A stretch of DNA of 63,130 nucleotides, the filler included, from Globobulimina sp. (lineage: Eukaryota), in the NCBI GenBank assembly GCA_003354225.1. It is 57 parts of 57 records of this genome, joined end to end, with 100 filler letters (N's around TTAATTAATTAA, not from the genome) between each part and the next. Parts side by side here need not be neighbours in the genome. Positions count along the whole stretch, not along the records: positions 1 to 1,010 come from PIVH01025887.1; positions 1,111 to 2,120 come from PIVH01025888.1; positions 2,221 to 3,230 come from PIVH01025889.1; positions 3,331 to 4,340 come from PIVH01025890.1; positions 4,441 to 5,450 come from PIVH01025891.1; positions 5,551 to 6,560 come from PIVH01025892.1; positions 6,661 to 7,670 come from PIVH01025893.1; positions 7,771 to 8,780 come from PIVH01025894.1; 49 more parts are not named here. The stretch is one strand, 5' to 3'. The notes beneath the pieces were generated by a model, which saw only the letters and a list, made by a program, of their open reading frames with translations, ran no database searches and was not told the DNA's origin. The position numbers were made by a program, and so were the translations under genes. Shown in pieces: positions 1 through 11,100 of this stretch. Position 1 is the stretch's first letter. The number at the start of each line of letters is the position of its first letter.

Positions 1-222
1 GGACCTGATGCATCTGTTACAAATGGATTTGAGTGTCCAACCGAATATGTAGCACCATCGCATGGTGCTGACTGTCAAGAGGATGGGTTCCAGTCTGTTT
101 TCAAAGATTTGGTGTGGTTATGGATTGTGTTGGGTGTTCTATTTGGCATTATTTTGGGTGTTCTATTTGCAAAATATTGCTCCAGAATTGCTAACAATAG
201 TAAAGGGGACAACAATTATGGA
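1..222 (+). CDS. 3' fragment of a single-pass membrane protein
   Basis: Frame 1 open from contig start; hydrophobic LVWLWIVLGVLFGIILGVLF then short tail, TAA at 220-222. Confidence 0.5.
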
Positions 223-420
223 TCTGTGGATGATATAACTGTTCCAATGGTAACACAAACCACAACCAGACGGCCGATGTAAGACATCTTCAATTTGAAT
301 GTTTTACAGTTTTTCATAGCAAATAATCAAACGGAAATTTGGAAACAAAAAATGCAGAAAATAACAAACAAAAAGTAAGCTTATTATATTAGCAACACTT
401 GTTTTTGTTGGTAGCATGCT

Positions 421-996
421 TTATTTTTGTTTTTTTGATTGAATGCAAAATCTATTTTTTTTTGCTCTTTTTTTTTTAGGTAAAGCATTGTTCGTATTAT
501 CATCATTCACAAGTTTTCTTTTTTTGGATTTCTTATTTGGTGTTAGTTTTCTTGCTCGTTTCTTTCTTTCTTTTTTCGCTCCTTTAACGCTACCAAACAG
601 TGCAATGCATTTTTGTTCAATGTCATCAATCAAAAAATACTCGTCATAGATTCTATACTCTGCACTTCTACGAATGTCCACAGACTTATTATCATTTCTT
701 AATTCATCAAAAATTGTTAATGGTAATTTAGGAAATTTTTTGATTGTTTGGTTTTGTGTCAACATTGAAATATGATTACATTTGCATGAATAACAGGACA
801 TTTTTGAATTTGGGTGATTTGTGAAAAAGTTATGTCCTTTATTTTGCAAACAAAATTCACATCGATCATCAAAATCATCTCTAATACCAACTGTATACTG
901 CACCATTATGTTTATTAACGGACTTAAATTTTTTTCTTGAAATACATTTCTTGAATATCCAAGTATTACTTTCGTTGTTTTACCAAATATTGTCAA
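421..996 (-). CDS. Protein with CxxC pairs, XPA C-terminal-like segment and basic NLS-rich tail
   Basis: CEFC/CYSC, MLTQNQTIKKF and YFLIDDIEQKCIALFGSVKGAKKERKKR resemble XPA_C (LITKTEAK...Y; YL..QVE.......GS.E.L..E...R). Confidence 0.4.
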   Translation of the reverse strand: MTIFGKTTKVILGYSRNVFQEKNLSPLINIMVQYTVGIRDDFDDRCEFCLQNKGHNFFTNHPNSKMSCYSCKCNHISMLTQNQTIKKFPKLPLTIFDELRNDNKSVDIRRSAEYRIYDEYFLIDDIEQKCIALFGSVKGAKKERKKRARKLTPNKKSKKRKLVNDDNTNNALPKKKRAKKNRFCIQSKKQK

Positions 997-1010
997 ATTA
1001 CATTCTGCCA

Positions 1011-1110
1011 NNNNNNNNNNNNNNNNNNNNNNNNNNNNNNNNNNNNNNNNNNNNTTAATTAATTAANNNNNNNNNNNNNNNNNNNNNNNNNNNNNNNNNN
1101 NNNNNNNNNN
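1011..1110. other. Artificial contig-joining spacer N44-TTAATTAATTAA-N44 (first of 56, recurring every ~1.1 kb)
   Basis: Identical 12-mer with stops in all six frames, flanked by 44 Ns each side; contigs between spacers decrease monotonically from 1010 to 1008 bp. Confidence 0.99.
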
Positions 1111-2486
1111 TAATCGGACTCAAGGAATTTGGATTTGATTCGTGTATAATCTCTTGCATTGCTTTAAATTTCATCGTTACAAAAAATAATTCCTTTAAAA
1201 TATCTATCTTTTTTACATTATATTTGCCATTAAAATAATTTTTATTTTCCCAATGAATTTTCTTCAAATTAAGTGGTTTATACTTGTTCCCTGTCACAGG
1301 ATCGCACAAAGCAGTCAATTTTCTGCTGGCATGAAACCAAAACGGTGCTACCAAAGAATCCCCAGAAGGGTCAGAGTCAGATAGTTGCTCATCATCCAAC
1401 ATCCATAGTATTAAACTTTGTGAGTCCTTCCATTTTAATAATTTGATAAAAGAATCCAGTTTCGATGGATCTAAACAACACATACAAATTTTAAAAACGA
1501 AGGACGTGTCAATCACACTCCACTCCAAAAAAACGAAGTGTTTCTAACCGCATATTCTAAAGATACATATAATTAATTCATAGCAAATTGGTTTATTGGC
1601 AAACCTGAAAAAATTGAAAGTTGAGAAATAAAGCAAGCTTTTAATTCATCCATATATTTGTGTGGATTATAGATCCACTCTCTTTTTAATGGCATCAATA
1701 ACAGACAAGAATATAATATAAGCGATGGACATTTGTCCCATGTTTGGTAGAAACCAATCAAACTAACAAATACAACACGTCTTCGATCCAATGAATCAAT
1801 ATCAATCTGATTTTCATTATGCTGATTCCTCTGATTGTATTTTATGATAAAATCATCGCATGAATGTGCATTTGTTTTGGGCGATAGAGTGGTATTTAAT
1901 TTTGATTTGACAGATCGCCATAAATTAGAGATATGTTTGGATTTGAGTTCTGTCGTCATTTGATTGCCAAGTTTTATTGATTTTTAAGTTGTTAAAAACT
2001 TCTGACAAGCTGTTCCATGGCAGAGCAAAACAAAGAAAAAGAGAAATCATGTGACAACACTCAAAATCCAAAACAAGAGATTGAACGATTAGAGAATGAA
2101 TTAAATGCAACGCATGAACANNNNNNNNNNNNNNNNNNNNNNNNNNNNNNNNNNNNNNNNNNNNTTAATTAATTAANNNNNNNNNNNNNNNNNNNNNNNN
2201 NNNNNNNNNNNNNNNNNNNNCCAGAAAAGTTAATTCGTGTTCTAAAAGTTCTTTTGTTTGCTTCAGGTTTTCAGGATGCTAAAAAACGTAGAATTATAGT
2301 ATTTTATCAGAAGTCAGTAAAATCTAGGCTGGTAACGAGTTTCTGAAAACACAGTTTTTCACGCCAAGGTTCAAATCCCAATCATCACATTTTTTGTTTT
2401 TTATTTTGTGATGCATCCAATGTGTGTTTTTATCACATACAAGTTGTGTTTTTCGTTTCTATTTTACTACCTCTAGGGCTTTTGTA

Positions 2487-2628
2487 AGCTAAAGTTTTCA
2501 GCGTCATATTTTGATTGGGCAACGGTCGAAGCAAACCGTTTCTGGTGACTGACAAAGGTAAAACATATATAGGCTTGCCTTCGTTTCTCACAAACAAAAA
2601 AAATCTGACGCTGAAAACCGGAAGCTCT
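2487..2628 (-). mobile_element. MITE copy (same family as 42308-42458, opposite orientation, one TIR decayed)
   Basis: Reverse complement aligns along its length with 42311-42454 (GGTTTTCAGCGTCAGATTTTT...GAGAAACGAAGGCAA...TTTTACCTTT...AGAAACG.TTTGCTT...AAAAT.TGACGCTGAA). Confidence 0.85.
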
Positions 2629-2723
2629 TAACAAAACACCAGAAACGTGTACGCCGGGAATGGAAATATATGACAATGATAACAATGGAAACGACTGTGA
2701 TGTAAACGACAGTGATGTAGAGA

Positions 2724-2826
2724 AATAATAGTCGCGTCCATTAATAATAATCCCGTGCAGTAATAATAATCGCGTCCATTAATAATAATCGCGTGCAGTA
2801 ATAATAATCGCGTGCATTAATAATAA
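2724..2826 (+). repeat. 19-bp tandem repeat (TAATAATAATCGCGTSCAK) about 5 copies; preceded by a 15-bp duplication AAACGACWGTGATGT x2 (2689-2718)
   Basis: Read directly from sequence. Confidence 0.9.
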
Positions 2827-3637
2827 ATATTAGAAAACTTCAACTCAACTTAAAAGTAATCCTTTCTTTCAACAAAGCAATTTAATCGAAAAGCCTCAAA
2901 AGGTATGTTTTAATGAATTCCAATGAAGATGAAGATGAATTTCCAGAATTGCATGCTAGTACATCGCAACAAACTACCCAATATGATAGTAGTTCAGAAC
3001 AAATGGAACAAGGCCAAGGCCAACGTGGACAAACACAATTAGGTCCAAATGTGGTTGGATTAAGAGCAAATTTGATTTCATACCAAAAATGGATAAAGAT
3101 GGGAAGGAAAATAGGTTATAAATAAAATGTTAAAAGATAACATTTTATTAATAATGTTAAAAACATTTTTTAACGCATGATGAAATATGAAATGTTAATT
3201 ATAAGGTATATTAGGCTCGGCCTAGTTTATNNNNNNNNNNNNNNNNNNNNNNNNNNNNNNNNNNNNNNNNNNNNTTAATTAATTAANNNNNNNNNNNNNN
3301 NNNNNNNNNNNNNNNNNNNNNNNNNNNNNNATCAATGTCAATGCTATTGAAAAATATTTATTTCATCCACATATCTAAGTGTCATTTGATGTGTGGAGTG
3401 AATCTTTCGTCATTATTTTCAAGAAAATTCTCATATTTGATATATTGTTAATTATTTGTGCGTTGCAACATTTACTTTAGCTTTCCTGTTTTTTCACAGA
3501 ATTACTAGTATATCCTTGCACACCTACTAATAATTCGAAAATATTTGCACCGAACAGAAATTTATGCAAACAAAACATTTTTGTATACTTTTACCTTCGA
3601 ATTCTCGCTAAAAAACTTTTACCTTGGTTGGAAACAA

Positions 3638-4340
3638 TGAAAGGTATGTATCAATGGATTGGCATAGCAAAATGTAATTCGTTGGCATTACATAATAGAC
3701 AGAAGAATTGTATGTGATTTGAATTTTTACTATTTGCTCTTCCAACCTTTCAATATCTAATATATCAGTTATCATCATTACCACTGCAAATATCGTTATA
3801 TTTTGATGGGTATTATGTTATTGCATTCATGTTGGTCAATGTCATTCTTATATTCTACAAATGTATGGCTGTATACTTATTAATTCCGAAATCTATTTTG
3901 TGCCACGTAAACAAAACAAAACAGCATTTAAATATACTTATTCTCATTCAGAAAGAGCATTGGATGCAATTGTTTTAATATTCTGGGGGTTTTCTGATAT
4001 ATCTCGACTTGTGTTAGGTACACATTTATTTGTTTCCATACACATATTATCGATCAACAAAAATCACACAGCAAGAAAAGGAAATAAATGTGAAGATATT
4101 TATGCATTATTAATCAATTTAGGTTTATCTTTACCTGTAATATTAGGTCATACATTCTTTTATCTATGGCAAACTATCGTGTTATGTCTTATATAATTCT
4201 CTTTTTGTTAAAATTATTTGTCTTATTTAACAATAGATTGGATCTTGATAAAGTTCTCAGTGTCATCGGTTTGGTATTTGTTGTGTCAGAAATCATTTTG
4301 TCTGGTTTAGCCATAATGACATTTGTTAGAAATAAAAGAG
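3638..4340 (+). pseudogene. Multi-pass membrane protein broken by frameshifts/stops
   Basis: Consecutive hydrophobic ORF pieces in different frames (3861-4196, 4166-4340). Confidence 0.4.
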
Positions 4341-4512
4341 NNNNNNNNNNNNNNNNNNNNNNNNNNNNNNNNNNNNNNNNNNNNTTAATTAATTAANNNN
4401 NNNNNNNNNNNNNNNNNNNNNNNNNNNNNNNNNNNNNNNNAGAATTAGCTTTTATATCTATATACCAACAAAACATATTCATTTTGTTTATGGTGATTTG
4501 CTGGTGCATAAA

Positions 4513-4581
4513 TCTCGCGTAGCTCAATTAGAAGAGCACTGTTTTATGCAGGGAATCCAGGTTCAAATCCTGGCGTGAGTG
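4513..4581 (+). pseudogene. tRNA-like element with shortened anticodon arm (tRNA pseudogene or SINE head)
   Basis: Acceptor CTCGCG/CGTGAG, D arm GCTC-AATTAGAA-GAGC, T arm CCAGG-TTCAAAT-CCTGG; only 19 nt between D and T arms versus 22-23 expected. Confidence 0.7.
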
Positions 4582-4618
4582 GCGGTATGGCGCATTAATC
4601 CAGGTTGGTGATCATAAT

Positions 4619-5049
4619 ATGGTGCAAGAATTAATATTTTTATCCATTTTGAAACAGAATTATTTAACAAAAATCGCACATATCAACATTTATAAATTTA
4701 CGGATCTAAAATACAGTGATAAAATAACAGATAATATGGATTATTATTTCTCAAAAATTGAACAAATTATGTCCTCCGCGTACGATGCAAATGACACAAG
4801 CAATGTTCAGGACGCACTGCCTTGGAAACCAAACTATAAAAGTATCAAACCACAACGATTACCATCGCATGAAATCATTGATATTCCATCATATTATTTA
4901 TTAAAAAATGGAAATATATGTTCGATGATGCCAAAGCGCTAATTTTTACTGTTAGTTTGTCGGATTTTTGTGTGTATAGAAACGATATAAAACAGAATGC
5001 AATCAAGTATTCGATGGAATGTTTTCGTAATATCATACATAAGACATAA
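4619..5049 (+). pseudogene. Divergent heterotrimeric G-protein alpha subunit fragment, frameshifted near 4900
   Basis: DNMDYYFSKIEQI...Y in first frame; KKWKYMFDDAKALIFTVSLSDF...NAIKYSMECF in the next frame matches G-alpha KKWIHCF..V.AIIF.V.LS.Y...N....S...F; DVGGQ absent. Confidence 0.65.
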
Positions 5050-5550
5050 ATTAGGCTCGTTTATATGTATGCGATATTTTATTATGTTGTTATTTATAAT
5101 GGATATCATCTGGAATGCAATTATCGCCGTTTAGAGATGAATTCTTTGCTTGGAATAGAGAATAATTTATTTTAATGTGTTTTTATGGATTATTTGTTTA
5201 ATCGCTTGGAATTGTAATGGAAGACAAGCAAATAATAAAATATTTCTATCGCAATTCCACTTTTATTAATTTTGAGACAAAAACATGTGTGAAAGTGCAA
5301 GGATATATCATATATGTCGTATTTTTTGTGAATGTTTATTTGTTTTTTGCTTATCTAAGTCATCTTACTCATTCTTATGTGTGTTGTTAAGATTCTGTGA
5401 TTTAAAAAAAATGAAAATACTTATCGAACTGATTGCATTTTTGAGAGCTGNNNNNNNNNNNNNNNNNNNNNNNNNNNNNNNNNNNNNNNNNNNNTTAATT
5501 AATTAANNNNNNNNNNNNNNNNNNNNNNNNNNNNNNNNNNNNNNNNNNNN

Positions 5551-6550
5551 GTTGATTTTTTGTCTCCGAATCGAGTTCACACGTGCAAACGTGGCACTAG
5601 ATACAAAATTTAGGAGTAATGGTAATTGAAAAAAATTGATCTTGAAGCCCATGGAAGTATTTGTAGGCAAAGTTGAATTTATTGTTCACGGGGAACCATA
5701 TGGCGATGTGCACGTCCGATGGGGCGGGGGATTCTTCCCCGCAACATTGGTGGTGGTCTTGGGCGAAGCATATTTCGAAAAATGCGAATAAGATTTCGGA
5801 ATAATTGGGGCAATACGTTGATAATGAGATTTTGCAAAGGGATGAACCGTTGTGGTGCGAAAATCCAATGGAAAATCCGGTGAAAGATACGATTTAACCA
5901 CCCATAGTATCGCGCATACCACTGAATAATAATGTCAATGACCACATTTTGATTGTTCCCAAAAAAATCGTCGTACAAAAGATAGAGCCCGAAAAGTATT
6001 AGAACAGCTATCAGCAAATAGTTGGCGTTTATTAAGTAGTCTTCGTGTACTATATGGTATTGTACGCCGAAAATGAATATCATAACAAATGCAACAAACA
6101 AAATCTCCAACATTATAATGAAAAGGTAGATATGGAATGAAGAAGTAGGAATGAAAAACAAAAAGTTGTAGAATGTGAAAGACGTTATGCGGTAGTCACA
6201 CAAGTATAGTAAACGTTTACATAAATTTGTACGCATTTAGGGCACAATTAAACATACAATAGGCCATTGAACACCCACGGTTTTATGGTTCGATTTTATT
6301 GCTTGGCCGTATAATTATACATTCCCATTCGCAAAACCTTGAGAAAGTAGTAAAGTTCCCATATAGCAATAAGTGATTGAATGCATTAGTATATTGGTAA
6401 AATTTTAGTAATTTTTGTAGGTAGATTTTCTGAAGCCAAAATTTAAAAAAATGGTCAAAAAGTGCGTGTGAACTCGATTCGGAGACAAAAAATCAACGAT
6501 GACGTCACTTCCGGTCGGAAATCGAAAAAACTAACTCGATGGTGCCCTTA
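5551..6550. mobile_element. Non-autonomous TIR DNA element (~1 kb, left end truncated), Kolobok-like terminus
   Basis: Perfect 33-bp inverted repeat 5551-5583 / 6465-6497; right arm continues GATGACGTCACTTCCGG...GATGGTGCCCTTA. Confidence 0.7.
5679..6236 (-). CDS. Small membrane protein with Arg/Pro-rich C-terminus, inside the TIR element
   Basis: Uninterrupted 185-aa ORF (alternative start near 6113, MLEILF), 2-3 hydrophobic helices, basic tail. Confidence 0.5.
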   Translation of the reverse strand: MRTNLCKRLLYLCDYRITSFTFYNFLFFIPTSSFHIYLFIIMLEILFVAFVMIFIFGVQYHIVHEDYLINANYLLIAVLILFGLYLLYDDFFGNNQNVVIDIIIQWYARYYGWLNRIFHRIFHWIFAPQRFIPLQNLIINVLPQLFRNLIRIFRNMLRPRPPPMLRGRIPRPIGRAHRHMVPREQ

Positions 6551-6912
6551 GTTATACCCGNNNNNNNNNNNNNNNNNNNNNNNNNNNNNNNNNNNNNNNN
6601 NNNNTTAATTAATTAANNNNNNNNNNNNNNNNNNNNNNNNNNNNNNNNNNNNNNNNNNNNTGTATTCAAATCAAAATCATATTATTTCTTGGTTTGCATT
6701 TTGTGGCTGTTTATTACCTGTTTATTACTACAAAATACATTTTCCCATTTTTTATTCTCAATATCAATCATTTTTTGTTTCGTTTCTTTTTCGTTTGAGA
6801 TCGCCTCAGGATTTGAACCTGAATCTTCTGTACATATCCATCAATTCCAGTGGTACAACATAATTCCACTTGCATAGTGTTTTTAAGTCTTAGCCACCTT
6901 CTAAGTTGTAAC

Positions 6913-7348
6913 ATGGCCTCAACAAATGGTATTAAGCAATTGATGCAAGCAGAAGAGAAAGCAGCTCAGGTTGTTGCATCTGCCAGAAAAGAACGCAACG
7001 AACGATTGAAAAGTGCACGGAATGAGGCAATGAAAGAAATTGAAACTTTCAGGTAACAGCAAAACAAAACAATAATATTATCAATTTATCATTGCATTAT
7101 TAATTGCAAATATAAATAGGAAACAAAAACAAAGAGATTTAGATGGAATGCAACAAAAACAACAATCACTCAACACATCACATTCGGAATTGCAAAAAAT
7201 AACTCAACAAAAAATAGCTGACTTACAACAAATGTTTAAAGAAAACGTAGAGGATTCAATACAAATCATCTTACAAAAAGTTGGTGATGTTGACACCTGT
7301 GTCCCTGACACATATAAACAGAGAGGTGCTTCTGCGCGAGGCAATTAA
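6913..7348 (+). CDS. ATP6V1G: V-type H+-ATPase subunit G, 2 exons (intron 7053-7119)
   Basis: MASTNGIKQLMQAEEKAAQVVASARKERNERLKSARNEAMKEIETFR is the V-ATPase G signature; 67-nt GT..AG intron joins in frame to the 7148-7348 ORF. Confidence 0.93.
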
Positions 7349-7770
7349 TTATAACTAATTATTATTATATTCTATACAATATGTCCATCCTTGCACTCAA
7401 CTCAGCAAAAGTTATATAAAACGACAATGACCAAATATCAATCAACATTTTTATCAACAATAAAAAAATAAAAAAACGAAAATTAAGTAAAGTAAAGTCA
7501 ATCTTGGTTGTTTTGAATAATTTCATTTTGAATAATTTCATTTTGAATAATCGGCTCTTGAACATTGTGTTGATATTTATTATCATTATCATCCTTTGTT
7601 GGCGCAATTAAATTATTATCCTCCTTATTATCATTGGTATCATCTATAATTTCCGCCACTTTCTTCTTTTNNNNNNNNNNNNNNNNNNNNNNNNNNNNNN
7701 NNNNNNNNNNNNNNTTAATTAATTAANNNNNNNNNNNNNNNNNNNNNNNNNNNNNNNNNNNNNNNNNNNN

Positions 7771-8198
7771 TGTTTCCGGCATTGGGTGGAGTACATCCAG
7801 ATATTGCGAAGAGTAGACGTTATATCACCGGTTATAAAATAATTACTGTTGGAATTGGTAAAAATGAAAATAATGAAAGTTTTATTAAAGAGTATAAAGA
7901 TTTTATTGTTTTTGGGAAGAATGGAGTAAATTTAACGGCTGTAGATGGAGAATATGCATTATGGACAAGACCTTCTTTTATTGAATTTATGGACGACGGA
8001 TCTATGCTAATATCCGATGATATGCATAGTTGGATTATATACCGGATAAAATATGAGACATCAAATGAGTCAAATCCATGGATATTAATTGCAAGTATTG
8101 TTGCCTTGGTATTTATTATCATTATAATTGTTTTTATATTATTGGTCTTCAAAAAAAGACAAAAACCAAAACTATATGAAAATATTCCTTTATTGTAG
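7771..8198 (+). CDS. C-terminus of glucose/sorbosone dehydrogenase-type beta-propeller protein with C-terminal TM helix
   Basis: GYKIITV...TRPSFIEFMDDGSMLISDD...IIYRIKY matches GYKVV...GRP.D....DGSL.VSDD....IYRI; then TM and tail LYENIPLL. Confidence 0.7.
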
Positions 8199-9183
8199 AT
8201 TACGAATGTTTTGTATGAATAACGTTTTTATGCGATTGTGTTTCTCATAAAGTTTTGATGTCAGACACGCGTGATGTCAGATGTCAGATTGTGTACAACT
8301 AAATTATCAATCCACGCAGCTGACATAAAAGTGCCATTTACTTCATCATTTTGTAATGTTTGTTTTTTCCTTCCATCTAAAATTGTCGGCTTGTGTCGAG
8401 CCCCGTTAATTTCCGACCGATTAGAATTGGAAGACCGTGATTGTAAGGGTTGGAGCATTAAAGGCTACAGAGGTTTTCCATTAATTCATCAGGTTAGTAA
8501 CTAAAACTTGAACATGTAATTTAATTATTTACATTTCTGTACGTTTTACGTCATAAATCTGTATAAGAATGTGTACGTAAAGTGCATAAAACATACATAA
8601 ATTTGTTTTGCGATGATTTCTTTCTTGTTATTTTTTCCGTCTTTTTCTTTTTCTTTAGTTTCTTGCAGAGGTTAATTCAAAACGAACTAATCTTTCGCCT
8701 TTTACTAAAGGTTACCGTGGATTGGCCTCGCGAATGCAATTTATTTCAATTTATGCAAATGAATCTTCTTTGGAAGGTTCNNNNNNNNNNNNNNNNNNNN
8801 NNNNNNNNNNNNNNNNNNNNNNNNTTAATTAATTAANNNNNNNNNNNNNNNNNNNNNNNNNNNNNNNNNNNNNNNNNNNNCATATTGATCAGGATGTAAT
8901 AAATTGATTGAATAATCCAACACATAATTTACTGCATCAAATTGAGGATTTGATGGTGTAGTACCCATGATGTTCGCTGTGGTTTTCTAATTATCTAATT
9001 AAAGTTTTTTGTTCGGAGATTCAAATCATAACTAAACACGTTCACACCGTTATTTAAATGAAAAAACCAACCCAAATAAATTGAAAACAAAACAAATAGA
9101 GGTCGTTAAATAATGTCAAAAAAACAAACAAATAGAGATCAATCCGGTCATTAAATAATATATAATATCAGAACGGTAAAGTT

Positions 9184-9890
9184 TTACCTTCCAACTTGTT
9201 GTTCAAGAAAAGTAAGTTTGGCTTTCAATTCTTTATATTTTACTTTTGCATAATCCCGTTGTTGTTTTAATCTCTCCGCTTTGATTTGAGTTTTACCAAT
9301 TTCTAGTTGCGATTTTTTATTTTCTTCCTCTAAACTCACATTCCCGTCATGTAATTCGTTATTCTTTCTACACAATGAAGCCTTTTCACTCTCCAATGCA
9401 GATATTAACTCTTTTAATTCCATGCCTTCCTTCCCCATATCATTACTAATTGTATTTCCTCTCAAATTATTATTTTCTTCCTCTAATTTTTGCAAATCAT
9501 TGGTGTTTCTTCGAAGTTGAGATTTTAATGAATGGTTTTGTTGTTGAATCAATTTAAACGTATTTTCATTTTCATTTTGCTGTTTACCATTTTGGTACAA
9601 ATAAAACTTTAACGAAACCAGTGTAGTTTGTAGAAATGCGGAAATATTTGCAAATGAATATTGATTATCTTCTAATTCTTCATCGGACTCTGCTTTGTGT
9701 TCAGTGTCACCATCTTGATTTGAATGAATTTCCTTCAATCTTTGCATAATAGCATTGATTCCCTGACATAAAGCATTCACCTCTTTAAAATTAAAATTAT
9801 TTTTATTTTCAAATTGTTTTATTTTTTTCCACTCCTCCTTCCTTTTCAAATAATGCAACTGCGCCTTTCCTCGCAATTGCTTTTGTTGCT
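9184..9890 (-). CDS. Coiled-coil protein, 5' truncated
   Basis: 230-aa ORF rich in E/K/N/Q/L heptads. Confidence 0.6.
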
Positions 9891-10566
9891 NNNNNNNNNN
9901 NNNNNNNNNNNNNNNNNNNNNNNNNNNNNNNNNNTTAATTAATTAANNNNNNNNNNNNNNNNNNNNNNNNNNNNNNNNNNNNNNNNNNNNATCATAAAGC
10001 ACTGGAAAATACCGATTACAAACAATTACAACTACATCGCCTAGACATTTCAACTACTGTATAATTAAAAATTTTTTTTCATAATCCCTGTTCGTCGAGT
10101 GACGCATTCATTTTCATCCAATCCACGTCGTCCTCATCATCATCGTTGTCCAATTTTGCTTACTTTTCCTCTGGGCTGACTCTTTCTTCGACGACGACAC
10201 TTGCAGCGGAGTGAAGCTTATTGTTGAATTTGTTGTCTTTCCGTTGAAACCAATGGAAAACTTTACTCACTGACCTACAAATAATATTGTAATAGTGTAG
10301 TAGTAACAGGAATAAAACTTTACGGAATCCAGCCACTTTTTTAATAAAATCAAACAATAACAATTGCCAACGTTTCGTTTATCATTCAGTAAACTGAATG
10401 ATATTAGTGTAGTAGTGTAGTAGTATTGTAATAGTGCGTAGTTACAATTTATCCATGCTCTAATTAGGCTGCTAACTGTTCTACATATTATACATGGTTA
10501 CTGTATTATGCAACCTACGGTTGTACTGTATGAACACAACAACGGGCTACCTTGCAGTACGTATTC

Positions 10567-10868
10567 TAGAGATGAACATGAGCCTGAAAAGCCTGATTTG
10601 AGCAAGCTTTTCGACTTTTAAAAACTCGCGAGCCAAGCCGAGCCTGTTTTTCGGATAACGAGTAGAGGTTTGTAAAAAACCTGGGCCAGGCTTGGAATAT
10701 TTTCCAACGGGCAGGGTCTGGATTTTGAGAATTGACTCGAAAATTTTGATATTTTTTTGTATGGGCCGGGCCTGGCCTTGGAAATTGACCTGGCGGGCCG
10801 GGCCCAGGTCCGAAAATTTTCTGGCAGACCGGGCCGGTCCGCCAAAATCGCGGCCAATGCACACCTTA
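10567..10868. repeat. GC-rich island with clustered GGCCCG/CGGGCC motifs; possible hAT-like MITE
   Basis: Many GGCCGGGCC-type motifs in AT-rich context; degenerate ends TAGAGATGAACAT...ATGCACACCTTA; no TSD found. Confidence 0.4.
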
Positions 10869-11100
10869 TTTAGACAGTTATTTAGATGGTAGGCTGTAAT
10901 CTTTTGTCGTCGAAACTTCCATTTATACTGTGTTCACCCACACAGACTTTAGTATGCCGCGGGAGGACACGCGCGAGTCAGAAAAAACCGGATTGATTGT
11001 NNNNNNNNNNNNNNNNNNNNNNNNNNNNNNNNNNNNNNNNNNNNTTAATTAATTAANNNNNNNNNNNNNNNNNNNNNNNNNNNNNNNNNNNNNNNNNNNN

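Noticed and set aside
10080..10260. In-frame TAA inside a coding-like stretch (SPEEK*AKLDNDDDEDD), suggesting stop-codon reassignment
   Set aside because: Conserved genes in the window (V-ATPase G, rhomboid) end at TAA and long conserved ORFs have no internal TAA/TAG; better explained as a pseudogene or error
10547..10892. Four overlapping ORFs
   Set aside because: By-product of a GC-rich repeat with few stop codons
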